NCBI GenBank assembly: GCA_964557855.1
Contig: CAZLBP010000014.1
Coordinates: 13,653 to 77,652 of the forward strand
DNA: 64,000 nt
Origin: an uncultured Ignavibacteriales bacterium
GTDB lineage: Bacteria > Zixibacteria > MSB-5A5 > GN15 > FEB-12
Direction: 5' to 3'
This document shows, in pieces, positions 1 to 9,894 of this stretch. A program made the translations under genes and the position numbers. Below the pieces are notes generated by a model. It saw nothing but the letters and a program-made list of their open reading frames with translations. It was not told where the DNA came from and made no database searches. Each line of letters starts with the position of its first letter. Positions within the stretch are counted from its first letter, which is position 1.

Positions 1-228
1 ACATCGGTTCAGAACGTCGAAATCTATGTAATTATCACCGTGCCGAAGAAGATAGAAGATATGTCTCTCAATCTCCAGGGGCCAATCCTGATCAACGCGA
101 AGAACCGATTGGCCAAACAGCTCGTCTTGGTGAACTCGGACTACCGCATCCGGCAGCCGCTGCTCGAACTCATAGATGCCTCGCGAACCGGGGAGCCGGA
201 GCCTGCGGCACAACTGGTCTCCGTGTAA
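1..228 (+). CDS. fliW: Flagellar assembly factor FliW, C-terminal part (5' end outside window)
   Basis: Frame 1 is open from the window edge to TAA at 226-228. LNLQGPILINAKNRLAKQLVLVNSDYRIRQPL matches the conserved FliW C-terminal signature. Confidence 0.8.
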   Translation, partial: TSVQNVEIYVIITVPKKIEDMSLNLQGPILINAKNRLAKQLVLVNSDYRIRQPLLELIDASRTGEPEPAAQLVSV

Positions 229-291
229 TACGGCGAGTGACACGGAGTGAACCATGAACGGCGGTTAACCGACGCGCGCGCGAAACATCGA

Positions 292-306
292 GGAAATGGA
301 ATTTCC
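292..306 (+). promoter_or_regulatory. 6-bp hairpin with a GGA loop overlapping the ribosome-binding region of the first glycosyltransferase (possible CsrA-type site)
   Basis: GGAAAT-GGA-ATTTCC lies 3 nt upstream of ATG 309. This is the architecture of a CsrA site (GGA in a hairpin loop). fliW is adjacent. Confidence 0.3.
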
Positions 307-308
307 AC

Positions 309-1916
309 ATGACCTTTATGCCCAAATCGTCGAATTCAAACTCATCAGCCGTAGTCATTCGCTCAAGCGAGGACGTGCTCCGCGTGGCCAACCAGTTTCT
401 GGAACAAAACAACATCGATGCGGCGTATCCGCTGGTGAATTCGCTGGCCGAGTCGTGTGACAATCGTTCCGACTACTCCATCACTGCCGGTCTGCTGGCC
501 GTCTCGCTGGAGCTCCCGGATCAGGCCAAGCGACACTTCCGGCGCGCTATATCCATCACGCCCGACGACTTCGACGCCAACTACAATCTGGCTTTGGTGG
601 AACTGCAAACCGGTAATATCATCGAGGCGGAGTCGATCCTGACTTCGCTCGTGGCGCGCTACCCTCACAACGGCAAACTGTACAATGACCTCGGTGTGAT
701 GTGCATGTCACAGGAGCATTATCATCGGGCGCACGAGTATTTACGGACTTCGTTGGAGCTGGACCCGGATAACAGCCAGACTCGGAAAAACCTGGCGGAA
801 ACGGAGCGGAAACTGCGGTCGCAGGTGTGCCCGTCGTTACGACCGACCGACGACCCTGACGGAGGGGAGCAGTCGTCGCGAATAACCGACAAAAGGATCG
901 TTTTCTTTGCCAACCACCCGTCGTTTCTCACCGATCTCACCGGCTACCTGGCCATTGACAATGAAGTACGTCTTTACGAACGACCGAGCCTGAACCGGAT
1001 GAAAGAGATGATGGCCTGGGCGGATATCGCCTGGTTCGAGTGGTGCGACAATCTCATCATCGCCGCCTCGCACTTGCCCGGGAATTGTCGGATCGTGTGC
1101 CGCCTGCACAGCTACGAAGTCTTCACCGATATGCCGCAGCAGGTGAACTGGTCCGCAGTGGATTATCTACTCTTCGTAAATCAGTCGGTTCGGGAGCTGT
1201 TCGAACGCCAGGTGGACTGTCGGGTCCCGCGCCGCGTTATCCACAACGGCGTCAATACGAATCAATTCACGATACCGCTCAACAAGACCTACGGGCGGAA
1301 AATCGCCTCCGTAGGGTACATCAATTACAAGAAGAACCCGACGCTTCTCTTGTATTGCTTCAAGAAAATCCACTCGTATAATCCGGACTACTCCCTGCAC
1401 CTGGCCGGCACGTTCCAGGACGACCGCATCGAGCTGTACTTCGATCACTTTCTGAAAGAGAACCCGCTGCCGGTCTATTTTGATGGCTGGGTCGATGATA
1501 TGTCGGCCTGGTATGCCGACAAGGATTTCATCATCTCGACTTCGCTGTTCGAATCCTTTCACTATTCCATTGCGGAAGGAATGGCGGCCGGGGTGATGCC
1601 GTTGATCCATAACTGGTGGGGCGTCAAGCAACTGTATCCGGAGGAATACTTGTTCAGTGATCCGGATGAGTGCTTGCGGCTGGTACAGGCCATCGAGCGA
1701 GCGGACAAAAGAGCGCTGGCGGAGGAGAACCGCCAGTATATCTGCGAACGATACCACGTCAACGAACGCTGCAGTGAAATTGCTCATTTGCTCGGGACGA
1801 TTGTCGACCACGTACCGCCGGAAACGCCAAACGAGAAAGAGGTCTCCCATGGGACGAACGACCAAGACGAAGTCAGGAAGGAAAAACCGTCCTGTCAAGG
1901 AGCGGACCCGAACTAA
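309..1916 (+). CDS. TPR-repeat protein fused to a GT-B (GT1/GT4-like) glycosyltransferase
   Basis: 535-aa ORF with N-terminal TPR-like repeats. The C-terminal motif ESFHYSIAEGMAAGVMPLIHNW is typical of GT1/GT4 enzymes. It sits between fliW and fliC. Confidence 0.7.
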   Translation: MTFMPKSSNSNSSAVVIRSSEDVLRVANQFLEQNNIDAAYPLVNSLAESCDNRSDYSITAGLLAVSLELPDQAKRHFRRAISITPDDFDANYNLALVELQTGNIIEAESILTSLVARYPHNGKLYNDLGVMCMSQEHYHRAHEYLRTSLELDPDNSQTRKNLAETERKLRSQVCPSLRPTDDPDGGEQSSRITDKRIVFFANHPSFLTDLTGYLAIDNEVRLYERPSLNRMKEMMAWADIAWFEWCDNLIIAASHLPGNCRIVCRLHSYEVFTDMPQQVNWSAVDYLLFVNQSVRELFERQVDCRVPRRVIHNGVNTNQFTIPLNKTYGRKIASVGYINYKKNPTLLLYCFKKIHSYNPDYSLHLAGTFQDDRIELYFDHFLKENPLPVYFDGWVDDMSAWYADKDFIISTSLFESFHYSIAEGMAAGVMPLIHNWWGVKQLYPEEYLFSDPDECLRLVQAIERADKRALAEENRQYICERYHVNERCSEIAHLLGTIVDHVPPETPNEKEVSHGTNDQDEVRKEKPSCQGADPN

Positions 1917-4539
1917 CACCTCTCTCCGGAAGCTACGGGCCGAAGTCGAGAAACACCCGGACCGGATTGAGCCGCGACTGCGACTGGCCGAGTGCTTTCT
2001 GACACATGCCAATGAACGAAGTATCTTGTCCGTTCTGGAGGCGCCGGAGGCCACCTCCTGGACTGAGAACACCACACATGAACGGCGCTACCGAGTCCTG
2101 AAAGCGTATGGGTTGGTCCATGAGAACCGATTTGTCGAGGCCGAAGAAACGGCCCGGGGATTGATACGAGACTATCCCGATGCGGTGGACGCTTACTTCG
2201 TCCTGACCTACGTGCATTTGTCTCTCCGGGAACTGGAGTCCGCCCAAGAGGCATGCGAGAAGTACTTCGAACAGGTTTCTCAGCTGCATTCGCGGGATAG
2301 CGGTCAGCACTACGCAATTACACATGCCCATACATCCCAGGCATACAATTTCCGCGGGACTATCGCTCAGGACCTGGGGGATACAGACAATGCGATCCGT
2401 CATTTCGAAAACGCGATCGAAGCGCATCACGGCAATCACCTGCCGTATCTGAACCTGGCTCGGTTGTTGGAGCGGCGGGAAGAGTTTGATCGAGCCAGAA
2501 CGATCGTTGCCGACGGAATCAAGGCCTGCAGTCAGGTCCAGGAGCTGCGCCTGTTGCAGGAACGCCTGGAGCGGAATACAACCGTTGCCGCCTGTATGAT
2601 AGTCAAAGACGAGGAAGAACTTCTGCCGGGATGTCTCGATTCGATCCGGGACTGGGTGGATGAGATTATCGTGGTCGATACCGGGTCATCAGACAAGACG
2701 GTCGATATTGCCCGGTCTTACGGGGCGAAGATGTTCTTTCAGAAATGGGAGGGCGACTTCTCCAAACACAGAAATTACTCACTGGACCAGGCTGCCTCGG
2801 ACTGGATCCTCATAATAGACGCAGACGAACGAGTGAATCAGGAAGACGTGGTCAAGATTCGGCGGCAAATAAGTGAGGAGACGTACCGCGCCTTAGCCGT
2901 CAACGTCTTCAACTATAGCGGTAAGTTCAACGAAAAGGTAACATCGCTGGCGTCAGTTCGTCTCTTCAAACGCGAACTGGGGTTGCGATATAAGGGAATC
3001 GTGCACAACCAACTTGTAATCGATCCGGCCGAGCCGGTTCTGCGCACCGACGTGCGGATCGATCACTTCGGATACGGTTTGTCCGAAGACAGGATGGCTG
3101 AAAAGGCGGCTCGGACTACCGACCTTCTGAAAATGCAGATAGACGAAAATCCCGCCGACGCTTTTGCCTGGTTCAACTATGCTCAGGTGTTGCTCGGTAT
3201 GGATTTCGCCAGGCACCCCGACAACCCCGCGGAGATCATCAAAGCCGCCTCACGGGCAGTGGAGTTGACCAGCCCGGACAGCCAGGATCGCAGCGAACGA
3301 GATATCCATCTCATGTCTCTGCAGCAACTGGCCCTCACTTCCTTTATAATCCAGGACTTAAGCGGGGCCGAAGAGTATGCCCGACGCGCCCTGAAGCACA
3401 AACCGGACTATCTCGATACCATACTGCTTATGGGAAACATCAGCTTGCGTCTCAATGAACCGGACGCAGCCGAATCGTATTTCAACTCATATTTGCGGAC
3501 GCAGAAGAAGTACGAGTACACGACGGGAGTTGATGAAATACTGTTGCTGCATCCGAAGAGCTTTCATCATGCTTACTACGGTTTGGGCATAGTAGCTGAA
3601 AGTCGGCAAAAGTGGGACAAGGCCCGACAGTACTACCTCGACGTTCTGGACTACAGTCCCGAGTTTCTGGACACCAACGCCCGGCTGGGACATATCTACC
3701 TGCGACTTCAGGAGCATGATTCTGCCATTACGTACTTCAAAAAACAGCTGGAACTCGAGCCTTCATCCCACTTGGCGGCTATCGGTCTGGCAGGGGTGTA
3801 TTACATCCGAGGCGAGAGCGAAGAAGCAGCCGGTTACCTCGAGCGGAGCCTGGAAGCTGTACCGGCTCAGCATCCGGCATTATTCGAATACGTCCGATTC
3901 CTCATGAGCATTGGCAGAGACACGGAGGCCGGGAGATTTCTGAAGAAAGCCGCCGAGCACCCTGATCCGGACCGGACACTGTTGCTTCGACTGGCCGAGA
4001 GCCATTTTGAACTCGGCGAATATAAACCGGCAGTACAGTTCTACTCCAAATTGGTTGAAACCGATCCCTCCAATTCGGACTGGCTTAACGATTTGGGAGG
4101 TTGCTTTTTCAGATTGGGCGAACTTGAAAAGGCCGAGCACTACTATGAGCGGGCAGCTACGGCTGCCGATTATTCTTGCATTTCGTTAAGAAACCTGGGT
4201 ATGACCCGAATCAAGGCGGGCAAATTGAGGGAGGCAGTCGAACCTCTTAGAAAGTACTTGCAGGAAAAGCCCTCGGATCTCGAAGTAAAAGTACTGGTTG
4301 CCGATCTTCTGACTGAAATTGAGGAATATGGTTCCGCCATCGTAGAATACGAGGGTCTGCTGCGTTCGCGGTCCACCGACACCGCCCTCTTGTTTAAACT
4401 CGCCGAGTGCTATCTTCATCTGGGGCATAGAGATTCGGCGCAACTGGGCTACCGAAGGATTCTGCAGGTTGATCCCGGACACAGGGCAGCCCGAAACCGC
4501 CTGTCAGAGCATGTCGCGGTGTCTGAAATAGTGCAGTGA
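1849..4539 (+). CDS. TPR - GT-A (GT2 family) glycosyltransferase - TPR protein
   Basis: GT2 core AACMIVKDEEELLPGCLDSIRDWVDEIIVVDTGSSDKT...ILIIDADE is flanked by many TPR repeats. I moved the start from the track position 1657 to ATG 1849, which is preceded by AAGAGG (1836-1841). It overlaps the upstream gene by 68 nt. Confidence 0.75.
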   Translation: MGRTTKTKSGRKNRPVKERTRTNTSLRKLRAEVEKHPDRIEPRLRLAECFLTHANERSILSVLEAPEATSWTENTTHERRYRVLKAYGLVHENRFVEAEETARGLIRDYPDAVDAYFVLTYVHLSLRELESAQEACEKYFEQVSQLHSRDSGQHYAITHAHTSQAYNFRGTIAQDLGDTDNAIRHFENAIEAHHGNHLPYLNLARLLERREEFDRARTIVADGIKACSQVQELRLLQERLERNTTVAACMIVKDEEELLPGCLDSIRDWVDEIIVVDTGSSDKTVDIARSYGAKMFFQKWEGDFSKHRNYSLDQAASDWILIIDADERVNQEDVVKIRRQISEETYRALAVNVFNYSGKFNEKVTSLASVRLFKRELGLRYKGIVHNQLVIDPAEPVLRTDVRIDHFGYGLSEDRMAEKAARTTDLLKMQIDENPADAFAWFNYAQVLLGMDFARHPDNPAEIIKAASRAVELTSPDSQDRSERDIHLMSLQQLALTSFIIQDLSGAEEYARRALKHKPDYLDTILLMGNISLRLNEPDAAESYFNSYLRTQKKYEYTTGVDEILLLHPKSFHHAYYGLGIVAESRQKWDKARQYYLDVLDYSPEFLDTNARLGHIYLRLQEHDSAITYFKKQLELEPSSHLAAIGLAGVYYIRGESEEAAGYLERSLEAVPAQHPALFEYVRFLMSIGRDTEAGRFLKKAAEHPDPDRTLLLRLAESHFELGEYKPAVQFYSKLVETDPSNSDWLNDLGGCFFRLGELEKAEHYYERAATAADYSCISLRNLGMTRIKAGKLREAVEPLRKYLQEKPSDLEVKVLVADLLTEIEEYGSAIVEYEGLLRSRSTDTALLFKLAECYLHLGHRDSAQLGYRRILQVDPGHRAARNRLSEHVAVSEIVQ

Positions 4540-4588
4540 AAGCCGCTGCAATGAGAATAAATTTCCCGCGTAAGATATTACATATCAA

Positions 4589-4615
4589 TAAAGATGCTGG
4601 TTATTCTGCCGATTT
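4589..4615 (+). promoter_or_regulatory. Sigma28 (FliA)-type promoter for flagellin
   Basis: TAAA (4589-4592), a 15-nt spacer, then GCCGATTT (4608-4615). The consensus is TAAA-N15-GCCGATAA. It leaves a leader of about 190 nt. Confidence 0.6.
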
Positions 4616-4776
4616 AATGTCAAAGAATAGAGTGACTGTTGATCTGAGTCAAACGCGAAATATGGAGGGTAGGAGTCGGACGAAATAAACAGAACATCTT
4701 GAATAATAGCCCTGGACGGCGACTTTTTGACATGGGAAGTGACCGATACTGAGCATTGACTAACTAACATAACAGT

Positions 4777-4794
4777 CGGGGTAAGGAAACCCTG
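4777..4794 (+). promoter_or_regulatory. Leader hairpin presenting AAGGAA in its loop (CsrA-type site); a second GGA lies in the SD AAGGAGGA at 4803-4810
   Basis: Stem CGGGG/CCCTG with loop TAAGGAAA. More GGA motifs occur at 4664-4680. This fits the known FliW-CsrA-flagellin mRNA circuit. Confidence 0.4.
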
Positions 4795-4815
4795 CCGTAT
4801 TCAAGGAGGATGCAC

Positions 4816-6981
4816 ATGTCACTTCGCATCAACCACAACTTAGCATCGTTGAATGCTCACCGAAACCTGGTGAACACAACGAATTCGCTCAACAAATCCA
4901 TGCAAAAGCTGTCGTCCGGTTTTCGCATCAACCAGGGCGCCGATGATCCGGCGGGTTTGGTGATATCGGAACAGTTTCGGGCGCAGATTGCCGGTCTGAA
5001 TCGTGCGATTCAGAACTCGGAAGGATCGATCAGCATGATCCAGACCGCTGAAGGCGCTCTCAATGAAATCAGCAACCTGCTGATCTCGATGAGAGAATTG
5101 GCTATTCACGCCGCCAACGAAGGATTCAACGACGCCGACCAGCTCGCTGCCGACCAGGCCGAAATTGAAAACGCCATCGCGACAATCGATCGTATTGCGG
5201 CCAACACCCAGTTCGGCACCAAGCGCCTGCTCGATGGTTCCAATGACAACATCGCCACCATCACCAGCGCCAACAACTCCGGACTGACCGTTGTGAAATC
5301 CGGCCTGACAAGCGGTACACACTCGGTGACCGCGACCAAGACCGCCGATTCGACGGCTTCACTGAACACGACTTCTTTGGGCTTCAGTCTGGCCAACACC
5401 GACGGTGACCCGGTCAACTTGACGGAAGGCATTCACAATATCGATGTCATCCAGGCTTCGGATGTAGCCAAGAAGACTTCCGACACGGTCACGATGGCCG
5501 ACGCGTTCGGCAATGATCTGACGCTGGCCGCTACTGCGACCGTGGCCACGATCAGCACCGGTGCAGTGGGCACGGCCGTTGCCGCCAACGTGGGTACCTA
5601 CTCCTTCTCACTCCAGTACTGGGATGTCGACGAAGGAACTACCGCGTCCTTCAACATCAGTATTAATGTTGAGGTAGGCGATACCTCCGTTACGACAGCT
5701 CAGAAGATACACAACACCATCAACCAGATATCCGAACTGGCGGGTAAGGTCACGGCGACTGCGACCGCGGCGGGTCCCATCAATATTCACACGGTGAATG
5801 AGGGCGCCCAGTACGCGATCAAGACGTCCAATTTCCAGACCGTCGGACCGACTACGGATCTCTTCACCGTGGCGGCTACCGACGCCCGTGGTGTTTCAGA
5901 CAACCAATTCGATATTACGACTACGACAGTCCGTGCTACCGATGACAACAACGTGGTTACGCTCACGGCCGGGGCCTATACCAATCTGAACGACCTGGTG
6001 ACGGAAATCAATACTCAGTTGGCGGCCATCGGTGACGTGGCCGGTGAGGCCGGTACGGCTGATATCTTTGCCGAGGTCTTTGATTCCAACAAGATCCAGT
6101 TCAAGATTCGCGATGAAGGCTCGGACTATAGTTTCAAGCTTAACACGCTCGGCTCCGAATCCGGCTACCTTGAACACTATCTTGGATTTTCGGCTGACAC
6201 TATTACGAACACCGGTACGGACGCCCAGATTCGCTTCGATGATTACGTCAATACGATCTCGAGTATTCAATACGGCACCGCTACGTCGTTCACTCTGGGT
6301 GACAAAGCGGCTGGCCAAACGAATCGCGGAACGGTAGACTTGACGATCGCCGGTGCTCAGGCCGGTATCAACGTCGGCAACACTCTGCTCGATGTTACGG
6401 CGGCCAAGTTTGACGTCCGGTTGGATGGCGGACCGGCCACGGTGGTTTCCGGCGGTGTGGATGCGGTCGTCTGGAACGCGGATCGTACTGAATCGGTCAA
6501 GGTGCGTTATGCGCTCGATTCCATCGGCGGTACCGAAACGATCAACAACGTCGATCGCTCCCTGGTCTTTCAGATCGGCGCCAACGTGGGTCAAACGTCG
6601 CGTATTTCGCTGCGCAGCATGACCTCGATCTCTCTCGGCAAAAATCTGGCGGGTAATTTGTTCACGTCGCTCTCCGCGGTTGACGTGACCACGGTCCAGG
6701 GCGCCCAGGATGCTCAGGCGGTCATTGATGCCGCTATTAATGAGGTGTCTACTTCGCGCGGTACGCTGGGTAGCTTCCAGAAGAATACGCTGGATTCCAA
6801 CCTGCGTAACCTGCGAATCGCTTCACAGAACCTGACGGCCTCGGAGTCGATGATCCGTGATACGGACATGGCATCTGAAATGTCAGAGTTCACCAAGAAC
6901 CAGATCCTGGTGCAGGCCGGTACGGCCATGCTGGCTCAGGCCAACCAGGTGCCTCAGATCGTTCTCTCGCTTTTCGGCTAG
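4816..6981 (+). CDS. fliC: Flagellin, 721 aa, with a large central variable region
   Basis: N-terminus MSLRINHNLASLNAHRNL...GFRINQGADDPAGL and C-terminus QILVQAGTAMLAQANQVPQIVLSLFG match flagellin. AGGAGG (4804-4809) lies 6 nt before ATG 4816, whereas the track start 4810 overlaps the SD. Confidence 0.9.
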   Translation: MSLRINHNLASLNAHRNLVNTTNSLNKSMQKLSSGFRINQGADDPAGLVISEQFRAQIAGLNRAIQNSEGSISMIQTAEGALNEISNLLISMRELAIHAANEGFNDADQLAADQAEIENAIATIDRIAANTQFGTKRLLDGSNDNIATITSANNSGLTVVKSGLTSGTHSVTATKTADSTASLNTTSLGFSLANTDGDPVNLTEGIHNIDVIQASDVAKKTSDTVTMADAFGNDLTLAATATVATISTGAVGTAVAANVGTYSFSLQYWDVDEGTTASFNISINVEVGDTSVTTAQKIHNTINQISELAGKVTATATAAGPINIHTVNEGAQYAIKTSNFQTVGPTTDLFTVAATDARGVSDNQFDITTTTVRATDDNNVVTLTAGAYTNLNDLVTEINTQLAAIGDVAGEAGTADIFAEVFDSNKIQFKIRDEGSDYSFKLNTLGSESGYLEHYLGFSADTITNTGTDAQIRFDDYVNTISSIQYGTATSFTLGDKAAGQTNRGTVDLTIAGAQAGINVGNTLLDVTAAKFDVRLDGGPATVVSGGVDAVVWNADRTESVKVRYALDSIGGTETINNVDRSLVFQIGANVGQTSRISLRSMTSISLGKNLAGNLFTSLSAVDVTTVQGAQDAQAVIDAAINEVSTSRGTLGSFQKNTLDSNLRNLRIASQNLTASESMIRDTDMASEMSEFTKNQILVQAGTAMLAQANQVPQIVLSLFG

Positions 6982-7004
6982 ACCGAGAGCTGGACTGAGA
7001 TAGA

Positions 7005-7033
7005 GTTCCGGGGGAGTTCGCCTCCCCCGGAAC
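7005..7033 (+). terminator. Strong hairpin after fliC (12-bp stem, no clear T-tract)
   Basis: GTTCCGGGGGAG-TTCGC-CTCCCCCGGAAC starts 24 nt after the fliC stop. Confidence 0.45.
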
Positions 7034-7091
7034 GTATATACAATATGATATGACATGATGACAGTGACGTCTGCGAATACAGGAGTATCCG

Positions 7092-9437
7092 ATGCCCGGC
7101 TTTAATTCCATCGACGGTCTGAGTTCCGGACTCAACACTACCGAAATCATCAATACCATTATCCAGGCGGAACGTCGCAACGCCGTACTTCTCGAACAGC
7201 AGCAGGAAGAGAAGACCGGTATTATTACCGCCTACAAAGCGCTGCAGGCAAAACTACTGGCCCTGAATGCAGAACTGTTCTCGCTTACCAGAACCACTAC
7301 GTTCGATGCCGGAAAGTTGACCGTTTCCGACGAAACGTATCTGTCGGGCAGTGTTGACGGCCGGGTCAGCCGCGGCTCGTACGACGTCCAGGTACTCTCG
7401 TTGGCCCGCAACCACCAGATAGCCAGTCAAGGGTTTTCGGATGAATCGATGGCGCTTCTTGGAACCGGGACGATCAGTCTGCAGGTCGGTAACGGCTCGG
7501 AAGTTACGATCGATATCGACGAAACCAACAATTCCCTGATCGGCATCAAGCAAGCCATCAATGGTGCTCGCTCCGGGGTGACTGCGTCTATCATAAATGA
7601 CGGCACGTCATCGAATCCGTATCGTCTCCTGCTGAGCGCGGATCGGACCGGTATCCAGAACAAGCTCGAAATATCATCGAATCTGTCCGGCGGAATCAAC
7701 TTGAACTACGATTCGGCCTCTTTCGATGAGCCGGAAGTAATCTCATTCGACTCCGGTTCCAATGCCCAGGTCTCGCTCGGAGCCTCGGCCGATTACACCG
7801 GGACAACAAACAAGGAGTACAGCTTCACCGTCCTTGGAACGGGAACCCAAACGATCGGCAGCGGCGACGTCGAAATCGGTTGGACGGACGGAACCAACTC
7901 CGGTACGATAACGGTGTCCGTAGCCGATACCGAAGTGGCTCTTACGGGCGACGGTTCGGAGGGGCTGACGTTGAGTCTATCGTCCGGGCAATTGACGGCC
8001 GGGGACACGTTTCAAGTCGGCACATTCGCACCGCTCGTTCAGGAAGCGACCGATGCGAAAATCTCCTTCGGCGGCACGGGCGGTTCACCGATCATCGTGA
8101 CCTCGGACTCCAATACCTTCGAGGATGCGATCGGGGGAGTAACGCTCAACGTAGCTCAGCTGACACCACCGGGGACGTCGGTTTCGGTCCTGACTGACCT
8201 TGACACAAACGGAATCAAAGACAAAGTCCAGAAGTTCATTGAGCGATATAACGACGTTGTCGATTTTATTGAAGAACAGAACACGTACAATCAGGAGACG
8301 ACCGAGTCAGGCATCTTGTTCGGTGACAGCACCCTGTGGACGACCCGATATGCCATGAGCGGCGCCGTCGGCGACTTGGTCCAGGGTATCGAGTCGGAGT
8401 TCTCTCATCTATACGCGATCGGCATCAGGACCAAGAGCGACGGTCACCTGGCCGTGACCAACTCGGCGCGCCTGGACGAAGCCCTGCGGAACAACATCGA
8501 CGATGTTGCCAAGCTGTTCACGTCGGCCGGGTTTTCATCGCACGCGGCGATACAGTTTATCTCGTCCACGGCCGCGACGAATATCGGCCAGGATTACGAA
8601 ATTAATATTACGACGGCCGCTTCTCAGGGAAGGCTCGAAGGAACATCGATCGAAAACCCCGCGGTAACGCCGTTGACGCTGACAGCAGAGAATAACACGC
8701 TGCGGTTGAAGATCGACGGCCTGGAATCGGAAGACATCCGACTAACGGCAAAGACCTATTCGTCCGTCACCGAACTCGTCAATGAACTCCAGCAAAAGAT
8801 AGACACTGATAGCAAGATTGGCTCGCGTGGCCTGACGGTCGAATGGGTTGACAGCGGCGCCGCCGGATATCTGACGCTGACGGCAGCCTCTTACGGCGAT
8901 AATTCCGAAGTTGACTGGATAACGGGGATCGAGAATTCCGCCGGCTCCGTTCTGGGGTTGGCCGCCGGTACGAGCCACCAGGGAACCAACGTGGCCGGTA
9001 CGATCAACGGTGAGGAGGCCGAAGGCGCCGGCCAACTGCTGAAGGGCAAAGACGGGAACGAAACGACCGAAGGCCTGGTGCTGAAGATAACCCTTGACGA
9101 GACACAGCTGATCGACGGAGCGGAGGGGACAATTACCATCACCAAGGGAGTCGCCGCACGACTTCGAGACGTAGTCGAGAGCATCACTCGCTCGGGTGAC
9201 GGATCGCTGGATCGTCGCATCAAGGCCGTGCAGTCTCAAGTGGAGACGCTTCAGGATCGCATTGCCGAGATCGACGAACGTCTGGCCGTGCGCCGAGAAT
9301 CGCTCTTCCGACAGTTCTACCAGATGGAAACGGCACTGAGTCAGTTCAGCGCCACCAGCCAGTATCTGGCCAACCAATTGGCCGGCATCAACCAGAACTG
9401 GGGATTGGGCCGCAGCAATTCAACCAACTTCTCCTAA
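7092..9437 (+). CDS. fliD: Flagellar filament cap protein FliD (hook-associated protein 2)
   Basis: N-terminus MPGFNSIDGLSSGLNTTEIINTIIQAERR and a C-terminal coiled coil ending ...SQYLANQL. It directly follows fliC. Confidence 0.9.
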   Translation: MPGFNSIDGLSSGLNTTEIINTIIQAERRNAVLLEQQQEEKTGIITAYKALQAKLLALNAELFSLTRTTTFDAGKLTVSDETYLSGSVDGRVSRGSYDVQVLSLARNHQIASQGFSDESMALLGTGTISLQVGNGSEVTIDIDETNNSLIGIKQAINGARSGVTASIINDGTSSNPYRLLLSADRTGIQNKLEISSNLSGGINLNYDSASFDEPEVISFDSGSNAQVSLGASADYTGTTNKEYSFTVLGTGTQTIGSGDVEIGWTDGTNSGTITVSVADTEVALTGDGSEGLTLSLSSGQLTAGDTFQVGTFAPLVQEATDAKISFGGTGGSPIIVTSDSNTFEDAIGGVTLNVAQLTPPGTSVSVLTDLDTNGIKDKVQKFIERYNDVVDFIEEQNTYNQETTESGILFGDSTLWTTRYAMSGAVGDLVQGIESEFSHLYAIGIRTKSDGHLAVTNSARLDEALRNNIDDVAKLFTSAGFSSHAAIQFISSTAATNIGQDYEINITTAASQGRLEGTSIENPAVTPLTLTAENNTLRLKIDGLESEDIRLTAKTYSSVTELVNELQQKIDTDSKIGSRGLTVEWVDSGAAGYLTLTAASYGDNSEVDWITGIENSAGSVLGLAAGTSHQGTNVAGTINGEEAEGAGQLLKGKDGNETTEGLVLKITLDETQLIDGAEGTITITKGVAARLRDVVESITRSGDGSLDRRIKAVQSQVETLQDRIAEIDERLAVRRESLFRQFYQMETALSQFSATSQYLANQLAGINQNWGLGRSNSTNFS

Positions 9438-9454
9438 AACAAGAAGGGAATTCC

Positions 9455-9892
9455 ATGGACGGCAGATTGGGAACATATCGGACAATGGAAACCACGACCA
9501 AATCGCAGATCGAGTTGATCCTGCAGGTTTACGATGGCGCCATAACGTCGCTCAAAAACGCCTCGCAGGCACTATCCGACAACCGAAGACAGTCGGCCGA
9601 CGAAGAACTGGAACGCGCCAAACGTTTTCTGACACATCTCTACACCACGCTCGACTTCGACAAAGGCGGAGAAATCGCCTTACAGCTGGGACAGCTTTAC
9701 GCTTTTCTGATTAATCAAACCAACGTAGTGATGGCGACCAAAGATTTATCGCTTCTTGACGATAACGTGAATATACTGAGCAATATCCGCCAGGGTTGGC
9801 AGGGTATTAAGGACCGGGAAACGAAGCAACCACCCGTTAGCCAACGGACCCTGTCCCCGGCTGGAACCGCACAAGTGAACGAGTCAGCCTAG
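9455..9892 (+). CDS. fliS: Flagellin-specific chaperone FliS
   Basis: ELILQVYDGAITSLKNA...DFDKGGEIALQLGQLYAFL is the FliS four-helix signature. It follows fliD. Confidence 0.85.
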   Translation: MDGRLGTYRTMETTTKSQIELILQVYDGAITSLKNASQALSDNRRQSADEELERAKRFLTHLYTTLDFDKGGEIALQLGQLYAFLINQTNVVMATKDLSLLDDNVNILSNIRQGWQGIKDRETKQPPVSQRTLSPAGTAQVNESA

Positions 9893-9894
9893 CG

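Noticed and set aside
1657-1848. Track start (1657) for the TPR-GT2-TPR gene.
   Set aside because: The first 64 codons lie inside the upstream glycosyltransferase and encode an Arg/Thr/Ser-rich sequence. ATG 1849 has a good AAGAGG SD and precedes the first TPR.
4585-4770. 61-aa minus-strand ORF in the flagellin leader.
   Set aside because: It overlaps the sigma28 promoter and leader, has no SD and has no motifs. It is most likely a chance ORF in AT-richer DNA.
5330-6560. Enzymatic (e.g. metallopeptidase) insert in the flagellin variable region.
   Set aside because: I found no HExxH or other catalytic signature in the translated central region. It looks like Thr/Ala-rich beta-structure with Flagellin_IN-like segments.
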